NCBI RefSeq assembly: GCF_009914755.1
Contig: NC_060942.1
DNA from: the human T2T-CHM13v2.0 reference genome, Homo sapiens
Reading direction: 5' to 3' (one strand)
DNA length: 64,000 nt
Part shown: one piece after another, positions 40,049-52,794 of the stretch
Layout of the letters: every line of letters begins with the position of its first letter
Position numbering within the stretch: position 1 is the first letter of the stretch
Made by a program: the position numbers and the translations under genes
Notes under the pieces: model-generated
Told to the model about the DNA's origin: nothing
Database searches by the model: none
What the model saw: only the letters and a program-made list of their open reading frames with translations

Positions 40049-40369
40049 TGGCGTGGTCTAAATGTATCCCCTCAATATTTTTCCATTGAAACCTAATCCC
40101 CAATGTGATAGTATTAGAAGGTGGGTCCCCTCAAAGATGATTATGTCACAAGGTCTCTGCCCTCATGAATGTGATTAGTGCTCTTATAAAAAGGGGCCCA
40201 GAGAGCAAGCTAGCCCTTTCTAGTATATGGAGGTTCATGGAGAATGTGTGGTGTATGAAGAAGCAGGCCCTCACCAGACACCCATCAACCTCCAGAACTG
40301 TGAGAAATAAATTTCTGTTTTTTATAAGTAACCCAGAATTTTCTTACGGCAGCCCAAACAAACTGAGAA
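40049..40369 (+). mobile_element. MLT1A-like MaLR solo LTR
   Basis: gaaacctaatccccaatgtgatagtattagaaggtggg, ccctcatgaatgtgattagtgctcttataaaa and ccagaactgtgagaaataaatttctg. Confidence 0.9.
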
Positions 40370-40929
40370 ACCTATAATTATACTTCGTATGATAACGAAT
40401 TACGTGTCTTAATGACAGTTTCTATCATATTAAAGAAAACAAATCTAATTTAAAAATTAAATTTACCTAAAATGTGTGAATTTATCTAAAGTGAAAATCA
40501 GATGTATTTACTTACCTATTTATTTAGTTTCGTATCTATACACACATTCAACCAGAAGGAATTAAGCTGTTAAAAAGTATTATTTAATTGATGTACAAAT
40601 TAGAAATAAATTTCAATCACACATCAAGAAACATTTTCTATAATATTAATTGAAAATTTTCTTATGCATTGTACTGCAAAACTTTAAGATTTTATAACCC
40701 CTCATTGGACCTGAAGTTATTAAGAGGTGAAACCCAGGCAGTCACAATCAAAGAGAGTGTTAAATAGAACTATATAAGAAAAGTAGTGGCATGTAGTTAT
40801 AAATATCTTACATTTAATGTATAAAGCTTCTTTCGAGAAGAGTTAGTTATATAACCTCAGAGGACTTTCAGAATATGAGATTAGAAGCAGCAACATCACG
40901 CAGGGAGTTGACAAGCCTGCAGTCAGTCA

Positions 40930-41500
40930 TTTCTCTGACTCCACTTTCTAACTTCACTTTTTCTACACAAACCAGTTTGATCTGGATTTTTTTTTCCCCA
41001 AGACAGCAAAAAATATATACCTTATTAAAGTGCCAGTGATCTGTGCTTTGCCAAAGTCAATGGTTGCTATCTGTTGGACACAACCAACTCCTTGGAAACC
41101 TTACTTCTCTAGGATACTGTGATACTACCTTAGCTGGCTATGCCACACCAATCAGACTCCACTACTGGTGACTCTCCTTTCCTGGAGATTCAGTTTCTGA
41201 TCTGCCAGTCCTCTAAATATAGGAGACTTCTTCCCCTCACCTCTTCTCTTTTCTCTCATTAGGTGCTTTCATTTAAATCTCATTTAAATTGTTCTAGAAA
41301 TAATTTTACATGCTAATCAAGTCTATATTTTTGCCCATTACCTGTCATTTAAGTACAAACCATCATTATCCCTAAACTTTTGCTCCTTTATAATCTACTT
41401 TCTGCAAATCAACCAGACTAATGTTTCTAAAGCTTTAAATTATTATTACTCTCCTGCTTAAAAGCCCTGTAAGTTATTCCTATTGCAATGAGAATAAAAT
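40930..41500 (+). mobile_element. L2 fragment
   Basis: tttgccaaagtcaatgg, actccttggaaacc and actctcctgcttaaaagccct resemble L2. Confidence 0.6.
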
Positions 41501-42777
41501 ATATCACAGATCAAATATCTCCTTCAGAAAGATATACAGCACCCCAACCACCCACCTGTGCACACACTGGGGTAAATAAGCATGTGTAATTGCTTTCTAA
41601 ACTGGAAATTAACTTCGTTGTGTTAGCAGTGGTGGTGGTATCAATGATGATAAAGATAATCATGACACAATGCCCTAATTAGAAACTTTGCCCAGGGACA
41701 CCACCAAGCCAAGAAGACTAAACAATGTGACACAAAACTTCTATCCAGAACTGAATAACACTATATTCTTTCCACAGTGGCCTTTGTCTGTAAGAGATAA
41801 TGTGCCTAAAAATTCTAGGTTCTATTAAACACTGTATAAAATATTTATAAGTACTAAATGCATATGGATTTCTCACCAATATGTAGTGTATGGGATGATT
41901 TTGGAAACTTGATTTAAATAAGCAAAATTAATACTCATTTGCGCTTTGCTATTTTCCTGGGCCGTTTGTGCAGGATGTGATTTAGATAGGTTGCCCAGCA
42001 TGGTATCTTCCTTCCTTTCCTTTCACTAGTTTCTCTTCTTAGTTTATTTTTCCCACCTAAATAATGGCAATTTAATCTGGAAACTTAATTACTACAAATT
42101 TAATAGTAGAAGTTAAAAAATCCTAATTTGAGCTCCAACCAGTTATTATTATATACTCCTTAAAGGTACTACATCTAACTCATGGTAATGTTTCAAATAG
42201 TAGAGATATTTAGCAGTCCCCACTGAGAAGGTACAGACTGGCCTTCGAGTTTCTTCCTACCATATCTGGTAATATAGCACCCATCCTAGGAGAACCGGAT
42301 ATTGCTGTAATAACCCCATTTAACATGGAAGCATAATACATGGTAAATGGAATGAGATAAAGCTGGTTTTGAACATTGGCTGTGACTCTGTTGTAGGGAA
42401 AAAAATAGCTGTATGTGACATACCTTTTTTTTTGTAAAAAAAAAAAAGCTCTTATCTGCATTTTCTCAAACTCATTCTTTTTTATTTGTAAAATAAGAAT
42501 AATTGATTTTTTCATTGGCTTATTATGGGTGTTGTAATATTTTATGTGCCACTATAAGAACTGGTACCGGTAGTTAATTTTACTCTTATATTGACTAAAG
42601 TAGATTATTGAACTTTAGCTCTATCTTGAAATACACTTAGTCATAGCAATTGTTGAAAATGTGTCTGGGTTTACCTTGATAGGCTTGTCTAACTATTATA
42701 AAGTACCACTCTCCCCATAAAATACAAGCAAAATGAGAGAAAGCCCTTGAGACCTGATGAGTAGCCTAGTTCCATTC

Positions 42778-43359
42778 TGATGCTCTCATACTTCAAAACT
42801 GGGGCTCAGCCCAGGAGGGTTCTTGACTTTGCTCAGGAAAGAACTCAAGAGTGAGCTGACAGTGAAAGAAAGGAAGTTTATTAGATCAACAATGTACAGC
42901 AAAATGGCTGCTCCACAGACATAGCAGGACTGTCTCTTAGGTAGAGTCACCCAGAGCAGCACTGGTGGCAGCAGTTACAGCAGAGTGGCTGCTCCACAGA
43001 CAGAGCAGGGCTATCCCATAGGCAGAATCATCTAGGGCAGCAGCAGCAGTCTAGAGCAGCAGTGGCGTGCTGGCTAGGTATATTTATACTTAGTTGTATT
43101 TATATGCTAATTAAGAAGCAGATTATTCAGAATTTTCTAGAAAAGGGGCAAGGAAGTGATTGTAACTTCCGGGTTATTGCCATGGCATTTGTAAACTGTC
43201 ATGGCCCTGGTGGGGGTGTCTTTATGCTAGTGAGCAGTGAAGGCAACTAGAGGTCACTTTCCTCTATCTACTGGTTTTGGTGGCAGGTTTTTCTACTAGG
43301 TTCTGTTTTGATCAGCAGGATTGTGATCAGAAAAGAAGTCCTGCTGATCTCCTATCTCA
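42778..43359 (-). mobile_element. ERV1 solo LTR, MER66-like
   Basis: The reverse complement starts tgagataggagatcagcaggac. Contains tgccatggcatttgtaaactgtcatgg. TG...CA ends with a perfect 4-bp TSD attc (42774-42777 / 43360-43363). Confidence 0.88.
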
Positions 43360-43483
43360 ATTCCATTCAGTTCTATTCCATTCTATTTTTCTACCCTTGC
43401 TTAGTTGATGTTTGTTTTTATATATTTTGATGATTGCCATCATGTTTTGGTCACTCTGTGCCCTCATGCTTTTCTAGAAAATT

Positions 43484-43610
43484 TATATATATATATACAC
43501 ACACACACACATATACATATATATACACACATATACATATATATACATATACATATATATGCAAACCTGTATACATACATACACACATAGACATATACAG
43601 ATATAGATAC
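43484..43610. repeat. Compound (TA)n/(CA)n/(TACA)n microsatellite
   Basis: Read directly. Confidence 0.9.
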
Positions 43611-43729
43611 TAATAATTTTCCCTTTGGAAATTTTTGTAAAAAATTGATGTTTAAAAAGAGTTTAAAAGGTACAGCATATTGTATAAAGATTTGAGTTTG
43701 GTCAATTTCTTTTTAAAAACCTGTTGTAA

Positions 43730-44038
43730 GGCCGGGCGTGGTGGCTCACGCCTGTAATCCCAGCACTTTGGGAGGCCGAGGCGGGCAGATCACAAGGTCA
43801 GGAGATCGAGACCACGGTGAAACCCTGTCTCTACTAAAAATACAAAAAAAAAAAAAAAATTAGCCGGGCGTGGTTGCGGGCGCCTATAGTCCCCTATAGC
43901 TGCTCGGGAGGCTGAGGCGGGAGAATGGCGTGAACCCGTGAACCCGGAAGGCGGAGCTTGCAGTGAGCCGAGATCGCGCCACTGCACTCCAGCCTGGGTG
44001 ACAGAGCAAGACTCCGTCTCAAAAAAAAAAAAAAAAAA
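43730..44038 (+). mobile_element. Young AluY-lineage element with a 12-bp left-arm deletion (Yd/Yc3-type)
   Basis: CpG-rich; gagaccacggtgaaacc; gaatggcgtgaaccc and ggagcttgcagtg Y diagnostics. TSD aaaaa[c/g]ctgttgtaa preceded by tttt. Confidence 0.95.
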
Positions 44039-44549
44039 GCTGTTGTAAATAAAGCTGAGGTTGAACTTAAAGATTCATATTCCCTTTCATTATCTCAACC
44101 TTGCTTCCTCTGTCTACACGAAGACCTCAACAGCTCTAGTCATAAACAGATTCTATACTTTGGCGAAGGTCAACTTCTCCTGCTGCAATTCTGGATTGAC
44201 ATGATAATTGGGATCCTGTTATTAGGCAGATGAAGCTTGCAAAAGATACTTTTCATATTCATAGCCCATTTAATGTCAACATTGTCCTGATAAGATTATC
44301 ATCTTTTCCCATTTCCTCTGAATGGCCCTGCAGTTTTGCAGAAGTTGATAACCATATGTATATTTCTGTGGAAAATTTTATACCTAAAAAATTCAAGAGT
44401 AATATCTTGCGCACTTGTTTTTCTATCACCTGCTTAAAAATAAAATATTTCAATTCCTTTTAAATCTCTTCGAAACAACAATCACTATGTTTAATTTGAT
44501 ATTCTTATATTTTGGCAGGTATTACATTTTATAATGTATATATTTTATC

Positions 44550-46720
44550 CCTGAAGTACATATTATATTTTATTATATTAAGGTTTATTCAAATGTTATG
44601 TTGCCTACATTGTTTTGCAAATTGCTTATTTTTGTTCAATATATTTTTGAGAATAATACACCTTGGAAATATATAGCTAGTGTGCATTCATTTCCCAGCT
44701 ATTAAATAAATACAATAAATGTATCTGCTTTTCACTTTGTGAAAATTTAGTTTGCTGATAAATTTTCTTTATTATAAGTGGTTCTATGTATATATCTTCA
44801 TGTATTCATGTTTGCGTACGATTGCCTCCCTAGAGAAAAACTGCTGGGTCTTACAGTACGTATATCTTCAGTTTATTTAGATTGCCAATTTACTCTTCGA
44901 ATTGGTTGTAACTAAATTCCTACTAGCAGGTTATAAAAAATATTTTTGCTCCACATCCTTGTCAAAACATGTTATTGTCAGATTTAAATGTTGCCAGTCT
45001 CTGAGCGTGAAGTAGTTTCTTTAACTTACATTCCTCTTATTGCTAGAGTAAACCTTTTTAAACACAAATCACATTTCTTTGAATTTTCCATTGCTGTATT
45101 TTTTCCACTTTGTTGGAGTGTTTTTATTTATTTTCCTCTCTCTCTGCCTCCTTTCTTCCCTCTTTCCTTCCTTTCTTTTTTTTTTTTTTCCACCAGGTAC
45201 CATAGTTTATTTTATATTTAGCATACTGCTTCTTTGTATGTCTTATGCCATGGAGATACATCGCCAAGTCTCTGGATTGTGTGTCTGTGTGTTTGTGTGT
45301 GTAATTTAATGCAAGTACTTTTACAAAGTATATTTTATGGTTTGTACTTTTAAGGAAAGACACTCTTATTCTGAGGTCACGTTTAGGATACAATATATTT
45401 ATTATTTATGATATATTTATATCAAAATATAACATTTGCTTTTCAGATTAAAGTCCTTGTGTGAAGACTTGATTTTCTTTGTATGAGTGATGACTTTTTC
45501 CAGTACCTTTAGTTATTAATAAATATGCCATTGTTTCATCTATCATCAGCAATGGCACCTATTCAAAATCTTTCCATGTATTGGTGGATCTATTACTAAA
45601 CACTTTGTTGTCAAATTCTATTCTATTCTCTTCTATTCTATTCCATTCCATTCTTGCCTATCATATCACATCTTACCCTACCTATCTTCATCTATCCTAG
45701 CATATCTTATCTGATCTTATACTGTATACCAGTGTACCCTTACTTATCCCATTCTGTGATAGCCTAGTCATCTGTCACTGAGCCAATACTTTCTAAACTA
45801 TTTCTACACTACTATATCTTTATAATAATTTAAATTTCTGTTGTTTTTATCTACTAGAATCACCTGTAGTATTCTTGATCTCTTCTATATTCTTGATCTC
45901 TCCTTGGTCTCTTGTTTTTAGCCACCTTTCTCAGTTTCTTAAAACACTGTGCTAACTGGCATTGCATTTAATTTAAAATATTAATTTGGAGAAAAGTAGC
46001 ATTTTTAATACTTTGAGCTTTCTTATTTCTAAAATCTTCATGTATTATGTCTTCCTTTAATTAATTCTTTATTAATTTTCTTGAATGTAAAATTTATTTT
46101 TTCTAGAGTTTTTATCCACATTTGGTAGGCATAGTTCTATGTATATTTTATAAGGGGCTAAAATGAAAATTATCTTTAAAATTATATTTCCTAATAGACA
46201 TAAAATATAAAAATGTTATCCAGAAATTTTATTGTACAGTCTTATTTATTCATAACTGTTCTGTGGAGTCTATTGGTGCTCTATGTAATTGTTCCATTTT
46301 CATTTCTTTTTTCCAAATCTTTGTATGTATTTCCTCCTTTATTTTTAGGCAGGTACTTATTATTTCATGTGTACATATTGAACATAAACCAGGATAATTA
46401 TCATCTGTATTTACTTTCTAATTTAAAAAAGTAGATTATAATTTTCATCATGGAGTTGTATTTATACCATTATGTCATTGCTGTTGTTTGTTTTGGGTTT
46501 TTTAGGTATCGTATATCAGGTTAATGAAAAAGGAAAGCTCCTCATTTACTTACTTTTCTTATTTATTTATCGTGCATTCATATTGAGTTTTATGAAATTC
46601 CCAGGCTAAACCTGATTTTCACTTCTTACTTTTAATTCCCTAATAAACTCAGTTTGAGAATATTTTGCTTTGGACACATACCTCTATATTCATGATTATG
46701 GTTGGAATTTTTCTTTTCTA
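44550..46720 (-). mobile_element. Highly diverged L1ME-like relic
   Basis: T-rich; aactgctgggtc, tttttgctccacatccttgtcaa and attaatttggagaaaagtagcatttttaata are antisense old-L1 motifs in colinear order. Confidence 0.65.
45615..45745. repeat. Degenerate pentamer low-complexity repeat (TTCTA/TTCCA/TATCA)
   Basis: ttctattctattctcttctattctattccattccattc...tatcatatcacatct. Confidence 0.7.
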
Positions 46721-46870
46721 ATCTTGTCCTATTTTGGTTTCTAGAACAAAAATACATAATGTGTGATGTGTTAACTGATGCCAGTTTTGAACTGTTTGTT
46801 ACTGGAGCACACACACACACACGCAAAGACTTTTTGAGCCAGAATTTAGAGAGAATTTAGACTTTAAGCT

Positions 46871-46973
46871 GCCATCATAGCTCACTGCAGTGTCAAACTC
46901 CTGGGCTCAAGCGATCCTCTGACCTCAGCCCACAAGTAGCTAGGACTACAGGTGTGCAACCGCCATGCCCATC

Positions 46974-47023
<50 letters not shown>

Positions 47024-47146
47024 TTGTGTAGAGACAGCATCTTGCTATGTTGCTTAGACTGGTCTTGAACTCCTGGCCTCAAGCAATCCTCCTGCCTTGG
47101 CCTTCTAAAGTGGGGTATTACAGACATGAGCTACCATGCTGTGCCT
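46871..47146 (-). mobile_element. AluJ lacking its 3' end, with a (TAT)n-expanded linker
   Basis: ctcctgggctcaagcgatcctc and ctcctggcctcaagcaatcctcctgccttggcc are J-type. (TAT)~15 lies at ~46978-47023. Confidence 0.93.
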
Positions 47147-47602
47147 TCAGCTGATATTTTTGGAAGCAAGACTTTCTCAGTGAAGGAAGCAGCAAATTGA
47201 TTTACATTCTAGTGCAAACTACTTATCTCATTGCTGATCAGTAACAAATAGCTGATTGACTACTTTGAGTAGCACTATTCTATATTATACTATCCACAAA
47301 ATGAGTTTGGTAACAATCTTCTACTTTCAATAGAGTTCTATTAAATTTCTCATTATCAGCTTTTTGAAAGTTTTGACAATTAAAATTTTAAATTATTTTT
47401 TTCTAGTTGTTGTGTAAGTATATATGTCTGTTGAAGATAGATTTTAAGCTTCTGATGGAATATTTTAATAGTTATTGTTATATTAAAATTTTCTTCTTGA
47501 GTTAGTGTTGTTCAATTACACAAATCATATAACTTTTACATTCATTTGAATAAAAATATTTATGTATTTTAATATTATTTTAAATCATTTTTATATTCCT
47601 AG

Positions 47603-48099
47603 TGTGATGGCTAATTTTATGTGTCAACTTGACTGGATTATGGGATGCCCAAATAGCTAATAAAGCATTATTTCTGAGTGTGTCTGTGAGGGTGTTTCCA
47701 GAAGAGATTGACATTTAAGTTAATTGAGTAAAGATCTTCCTCAATAAAGTGGGTCATCATCCAAAGTGTTGAGGTCTCAATTAGCATTAAAAGGTCAAGG
47801 AGAAGTAAATTTTCTTTTTGTCTTCTTGATGAAACACCCATCTCCTCCTGTCCTGGGACATCAGCGCTCCTGTTCTCAGGCCTTCTGACTCGGGGACTTC
47901 ATCAGCAGCCCCCTGGTTCTCAGGACTTCTCATTCTGCCTGATTTCAACACTGGCTTTCCTGGTCTCCAGCTTACATATTTATGGGGCTTCTTGATTTTC
48001 ATTGTCTTGTGAGCCAATTCCCATAATAAATATCCTCTTATATATCTATCTCTTTATATATCCTATTGGCTTTGTTTCTCTAGAGAACCTTGACTACTA
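47603..48099 (+). mobile_element. MLT2 (ERVL) solo LTR
   Basis: tgtgatggctaattttatgtgtcaacttgactgg...tcctattggctttgtttctctagagaaccttgact; 5-bp TSD cctag. Confidence 0.93.
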
Positions 48100-48104
48100 C
48101 CTAG

Positions 48105-49080
48105 CAATGTCTCCTTTTTCTGGGCCCAACTATATTCAATAGCAACATTTTTTTTTTCTATAATAGTCTCGCTAGAAGTTTATCTCTTCTATTAAATTTT
48201 ACAAATACCTTACCTTTGAATTTGTCCTATTAAAAAAAAGTATATTAATTACCTTCCACTCTTTTTATTTTTATTTTCATTATTTCAGCTTATTTTGTTG
48301 TTTTCATTTCTTAAGTTGACTACTTATGTATTTAATTTTAAAACCTTTTCATTTACAACATAAATTTAATCTATAATTTTTTCATACAATTCCTAACATT
48401 TTACATAGATAATAAAACACAATGTAAAATAAATACCTATACCTTCCAACAAAACTATACAAGAATCTTAAAGCATTTAAAATTATTTATTCATTTTTGT
48501 TGCCCAACATTTTAGATTTCTCTTATATTTACATTCAAATTGACTGTTATTTTTGTTATTTTTAAATCTCAATTTTATATTTTTAGCTACATGTTTACTA
48601 ATTTTCTTGGTGTTACTATTTCTTGTATTTTATCTTTATCCTTCCAAACATAATTTCCATTGTCCTGAAAGACATCTTTGAGATTTGTCTGAGGCTTGAG
48701 TTTTGCCTCTCAGAAACTGTCTGTATATGGATTTTGTCCTAAAACAATACCTTAGCTATGTATAAAATTATAGTTTTTTAATTTTTTCTCATAATTTGAA
48801 AGATATTATTTAGTTTTCTTCTGAAGATGACTCTTCAGAAGCCTGCTGTTACTCCTAGTAATCTTCCCTTTCTCTCTAGCTGCATTTAAAATCTCCTTGA
48901 TATCTTTTGAGTTCTATAGTTTCAGAATTATGTGTTGAAGGGTGGGGTTTTCTCTGTCTTTATTTGGCATCTTTTGGAATCTTTGTGGTTCCCCCTTGAA
49001 TAGAATTACTTTAATGGCTTGTAATCTTGGTTACATATTTAAAGTTTATTTATTCTATTTTATTCGGCTTATTTTGTTGC
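48105..49080 (-). mobile_element. Diverged L1M relic
   Basis: T-rich; ttagctatgtataaaattatag...tttgaaagatattattt...gaagcctgctgtt resemble antisense old-L1 ORF1. Confidence 0.55.
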
Positions 49081-51377
49081 CTTTATTGAGAACATTTTCA
49101 GGACATCTAATTTGTGTTATTGGCAGAAACTAAAGCTTCAATCTGACCAAAACCTAGAAATTCTTTTGTTTGTAAAATGTATCTAAAACTGTAATGTAAC
49201 AAAGGCAACCAAGGAAAGGTTATGGTACAAAATCTAAAACAGAGAAGAAACAATAAATGTTTTACAATAGGCAGTTGAGAAATCAAGTGTTATGTCATCT
49301 CTAAGAAAACAGTATCTTCAATTGGACATTAAGCAATTCAGAAAGACAATTTGATAATGAAGTTTTACCTTCATTTTGTGAGAAATAAGTAGAAACATAT
49401 TTGATTTTCTTTTGCAATAGAAGGAAAATTATTAACTATTGAATAGGATATGAATATAGCATAATCTTTTGTAATTCAAAAGTAAACATCTGCCTTTAAA
49501 CTGAAAGAGAAAGCAGAATGCCTCTTTACAGTTAAGGTTTCCTGGAAGCTTTTCTGGGTCAGAAAACAAGGAAATTGGACTAGGGAAAAAAACTTATCAC
49601 TGTGCCAAGCCTGTAATACATACTATTTAGTTTTCCAAAGATAGTAAATCCTTTTAATCTATTATTAATTGCTATAATAATTGGAGGATAAATACCTAAG
49701 CACATTTCAAATATTTTTTGTAACAAAAAACAGGCCTTTTTTGGTGTTAACATTTCCCTTTCTGAAGGCATTTAGTGAGCATTATGTTATAGATTTCCTG
49801 TGCTGAGGTATCATGCTGATTCACACAGGTGGAGACAAAGTATCACACCAGGAGGTGTGAGCCTCTGGGATTTGAGAAGACAGTATTTTAACAAGACATA
49901 TCAATGAATTTTTTTAGTGTAAAATCTCTTTTATTATTTTTTTCTATATGACTCTTCTGAAAAGTATATGCCAAAAGCACCACTGAAAAATTTACACCTG
50001 GGGTACAAAAGCGAACAGTCCAGATGAAAATAGATATATTTGATCAGTATGTGTTGGAAAATTTATATCATTCCTTTTTTTGAAAGATTTTAAGTATACA
50101 AAAAAACTCTAATTTTAAAACTGATATATCTTCACAAAAATTATCTAATATTATATTTATTATCAAAAGTGAGTAAATCAGGATTTTGTACATATTTTAT
50201 ATTAAAAATGCAATACTATTGTGGAAAGGGAAGAAAGATTAATTGTGAAGCTTGAATTTTAATAATAGAATTAAGAAACTCAGAATAATCAAGGAGAGAG
50301 GAAAGAGAATGGAGCGGTATAAGGGAACTAAATCAGTATCTCACAGCTGAATGTTAGAAAAATCTCAACAGAAAATAATCAACTTTTATTGGTATCTAAT
50401 GAATATAAATTATGAAGGTACAGTATAAGCTTGATACAGATGATTTGGAAGTAAACATAAGAAGACTTGAAAAATGAAACAGTGTGTTTGCCTCTTAGAA
50501 GAACTATGGCTGAGGCAACAGCCAGATGGATGATTCTCATTAAAATCTTCTATATTGAACCATTTTTCCTTTCCTTTTGTTGAAAACCGTGTTTCTACAT
50601 CATACGGGAAACTACCAATAGGGTGTTATCTGTTGGCGATTTCTACCTTAGAGTCCTGCTCAGTGTATAAGATAGCATTTATTACTTTGGGGTTTTGAGG
50701 AAGAAATTAAGTAGGAAATTTTTAGTCAAGCTATCACTTTTCTATTTTCAATATTAACCTAATTGAAGATTTTGTTGTTGTTGTTTCTTTGGTATGAGAG
50801 GTAAGTAATTATTTCTGCGTTAAAGTATGTGCTACATAAAGCGTTATTGGTCTTTTCAAGACAGAGTTTTTTTGGGGACAATATTTACCTGGCTTTGTCT
50901 ATTGTGATCATTACAAGTTTTACTGTAATAAATTGGTAAATTTTATTCAATGTAGCTGTTCTACATAAAATAGTAAATGGAAGTTTTCTTTAACTCAGTA
51001 CTTTTATATATAAATATATATTATACATTCTCTATATAGGGATATATGTATGTGTTTATACATACACACATTTACACATATACATGTATACCTATTCATT
51101 TTTATATTTTTTTATAACAACTCAAGCAGAAATATAGAATTTCAATAAAATTACACCATACGTTTCTAATATGAACATCCCCCATGTCTGTTTTATTGTT
51201 ATTTTTCTTTCTGATTTTTCTAGGGGTCTCCAATGACATCTTTGTACCATCCCATTTTGGGCCTAAATTGTCAATTCTAGATAAGACTGCAAAGTATTTT
51301 TTGACACTTAGAGTCTACCACGCATCTGGGTAGATATCAAACACTTGGGTTAACATTAGGTGAATATGATGATATTT

Positions 51378-51930
51378 TCTGTTATTGATTGCTGTGTGAA
51401 AAAACTATCTCCAAAATTAAATAGCTTAAAACAGCAATCCTTTAATATAGTTCGCTAAGAATTGGGAGAGAGTTCAGCTTGGTATTTCTTCTATTTCTCA
51501 TGGTGTCATGCAATGATACTCAGCTAGGGTGGGGCTGGTATGTAGGGTCCTGTGTGGTCCAATGATACTCAGCTAGGGTAGGCCTGGTATGTAGGGTCCT
51601 AATGTCACATGTCTGGCACCTGATGAGGATGGCTAAAAAGCTGGACGTAGCTCACACTGTTGACCTACATGTGTTCTCTCCAATGTGGTGGTCTCAAGGT
51701 AGCTAAACTTCTTACATGGTTGTTGGCTTTGCCCAGAGCATGCATTACAGGAGGTCTTGATGGAAGCTAAACGTCCTCTTTGCTTTGGAAATCCCAGAAT
51801 ATCACTTTGCCATATTCCATTTGCCAAGCTAATTAATTAGTCCAATCTTCATGCAAAGGGGGGTAAATTTTACCTCTACCTCTCAATGGGAGGAACAACA
51901 AAGAATTTTCAGCCATCTTTAGTACAATCA
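51378..51930 (-). mobile_element. Old MaLR LTR (MLT1G-J group)
   Basis: attgctgtgtgaaaaaactatctccaaaattaaatagcttaaaacagcaa...acttcttacatgg...acctctcaatgggagga...cagccatcttta. Confidence 0.8.
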
Positions 51931-52794
51931 TGTTGCAAAATTATTTTTTCATATAACTATCCTGTGGAGGGACCGTGGTCAATGTATATCTGATAAATCA
52001 TAAAAGCCATTAAAACTAGTGCTTCTAAATTTTTGAATTTTGTAATATAAAAATGAAACAAAGCAGCTACTTCCTCATCATCTTCCACCTGCCCTTTCAG
52101 TTTTTCAACTTGTATCCCTGTTAAAAGCATGTACTTATTAAACTTGAAAATGTAAAGCTGTGAATATGTATTTCACACTTTTATTTTTATTCTGACATTC
52201 TAAACATTTTCCTACAGAAAGGTTAAGAATTGATCTTACAAAAAAAACATTAAAAATAAGTAAATCCAAATAAACATCTGTGTGAAAGATGCTGAAGGAC
52301 TGAAAATTTTCCACTGGATGTATCAAAACCTTAGCCCCCAATTGTTCTTCTCTACCCCATTTGATAAACCCAAACTGACCAAAAAATAGCAGCTAAACTG
52401 GACCCCCAGGCTTGCTGTCTCTGTATTCCATCCTGCGGCAAACAACATCGGTTTCTTCACACCTTCTGAGTATTTTACCAGTGAATGACACTGAACTAGG
52501 TACTTTTTCATGCATGCATCATATAATCTTTACAAACCTTATTTTCTATTTTGCCATCAAAGCTATGTGTGAATTTAGTAGTGGAATTATGTAAATAAGA
52601 TAAAAATTTAGACCTGGAAACAATCTTAGAGATATTCTTTCTCGGCATTCTTATTTTTCAGATATGGTAATAAAAGGCTAGAGAACAGGGAACATTGAAA
52701 CAACAGCATGTAACCATATTATGTAATAGAAAATGGTTTTTGCCCTAAAGAATTAGAATTAGGTGATTCTAAAGTAAAATATTATTATATTATT

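Noticed and set aside
49100-50560. Possible + strand ancient L1ME relic
   Set aside because: A-rich with faint similarity only; too diverged to call without an alignment.
51511-51600. Repeat-spacer-repeat as a CRISPR-like array
   Set aside because: Only two units with an 8-bp spacer, inside a mammalian LTR, with no cas genes.
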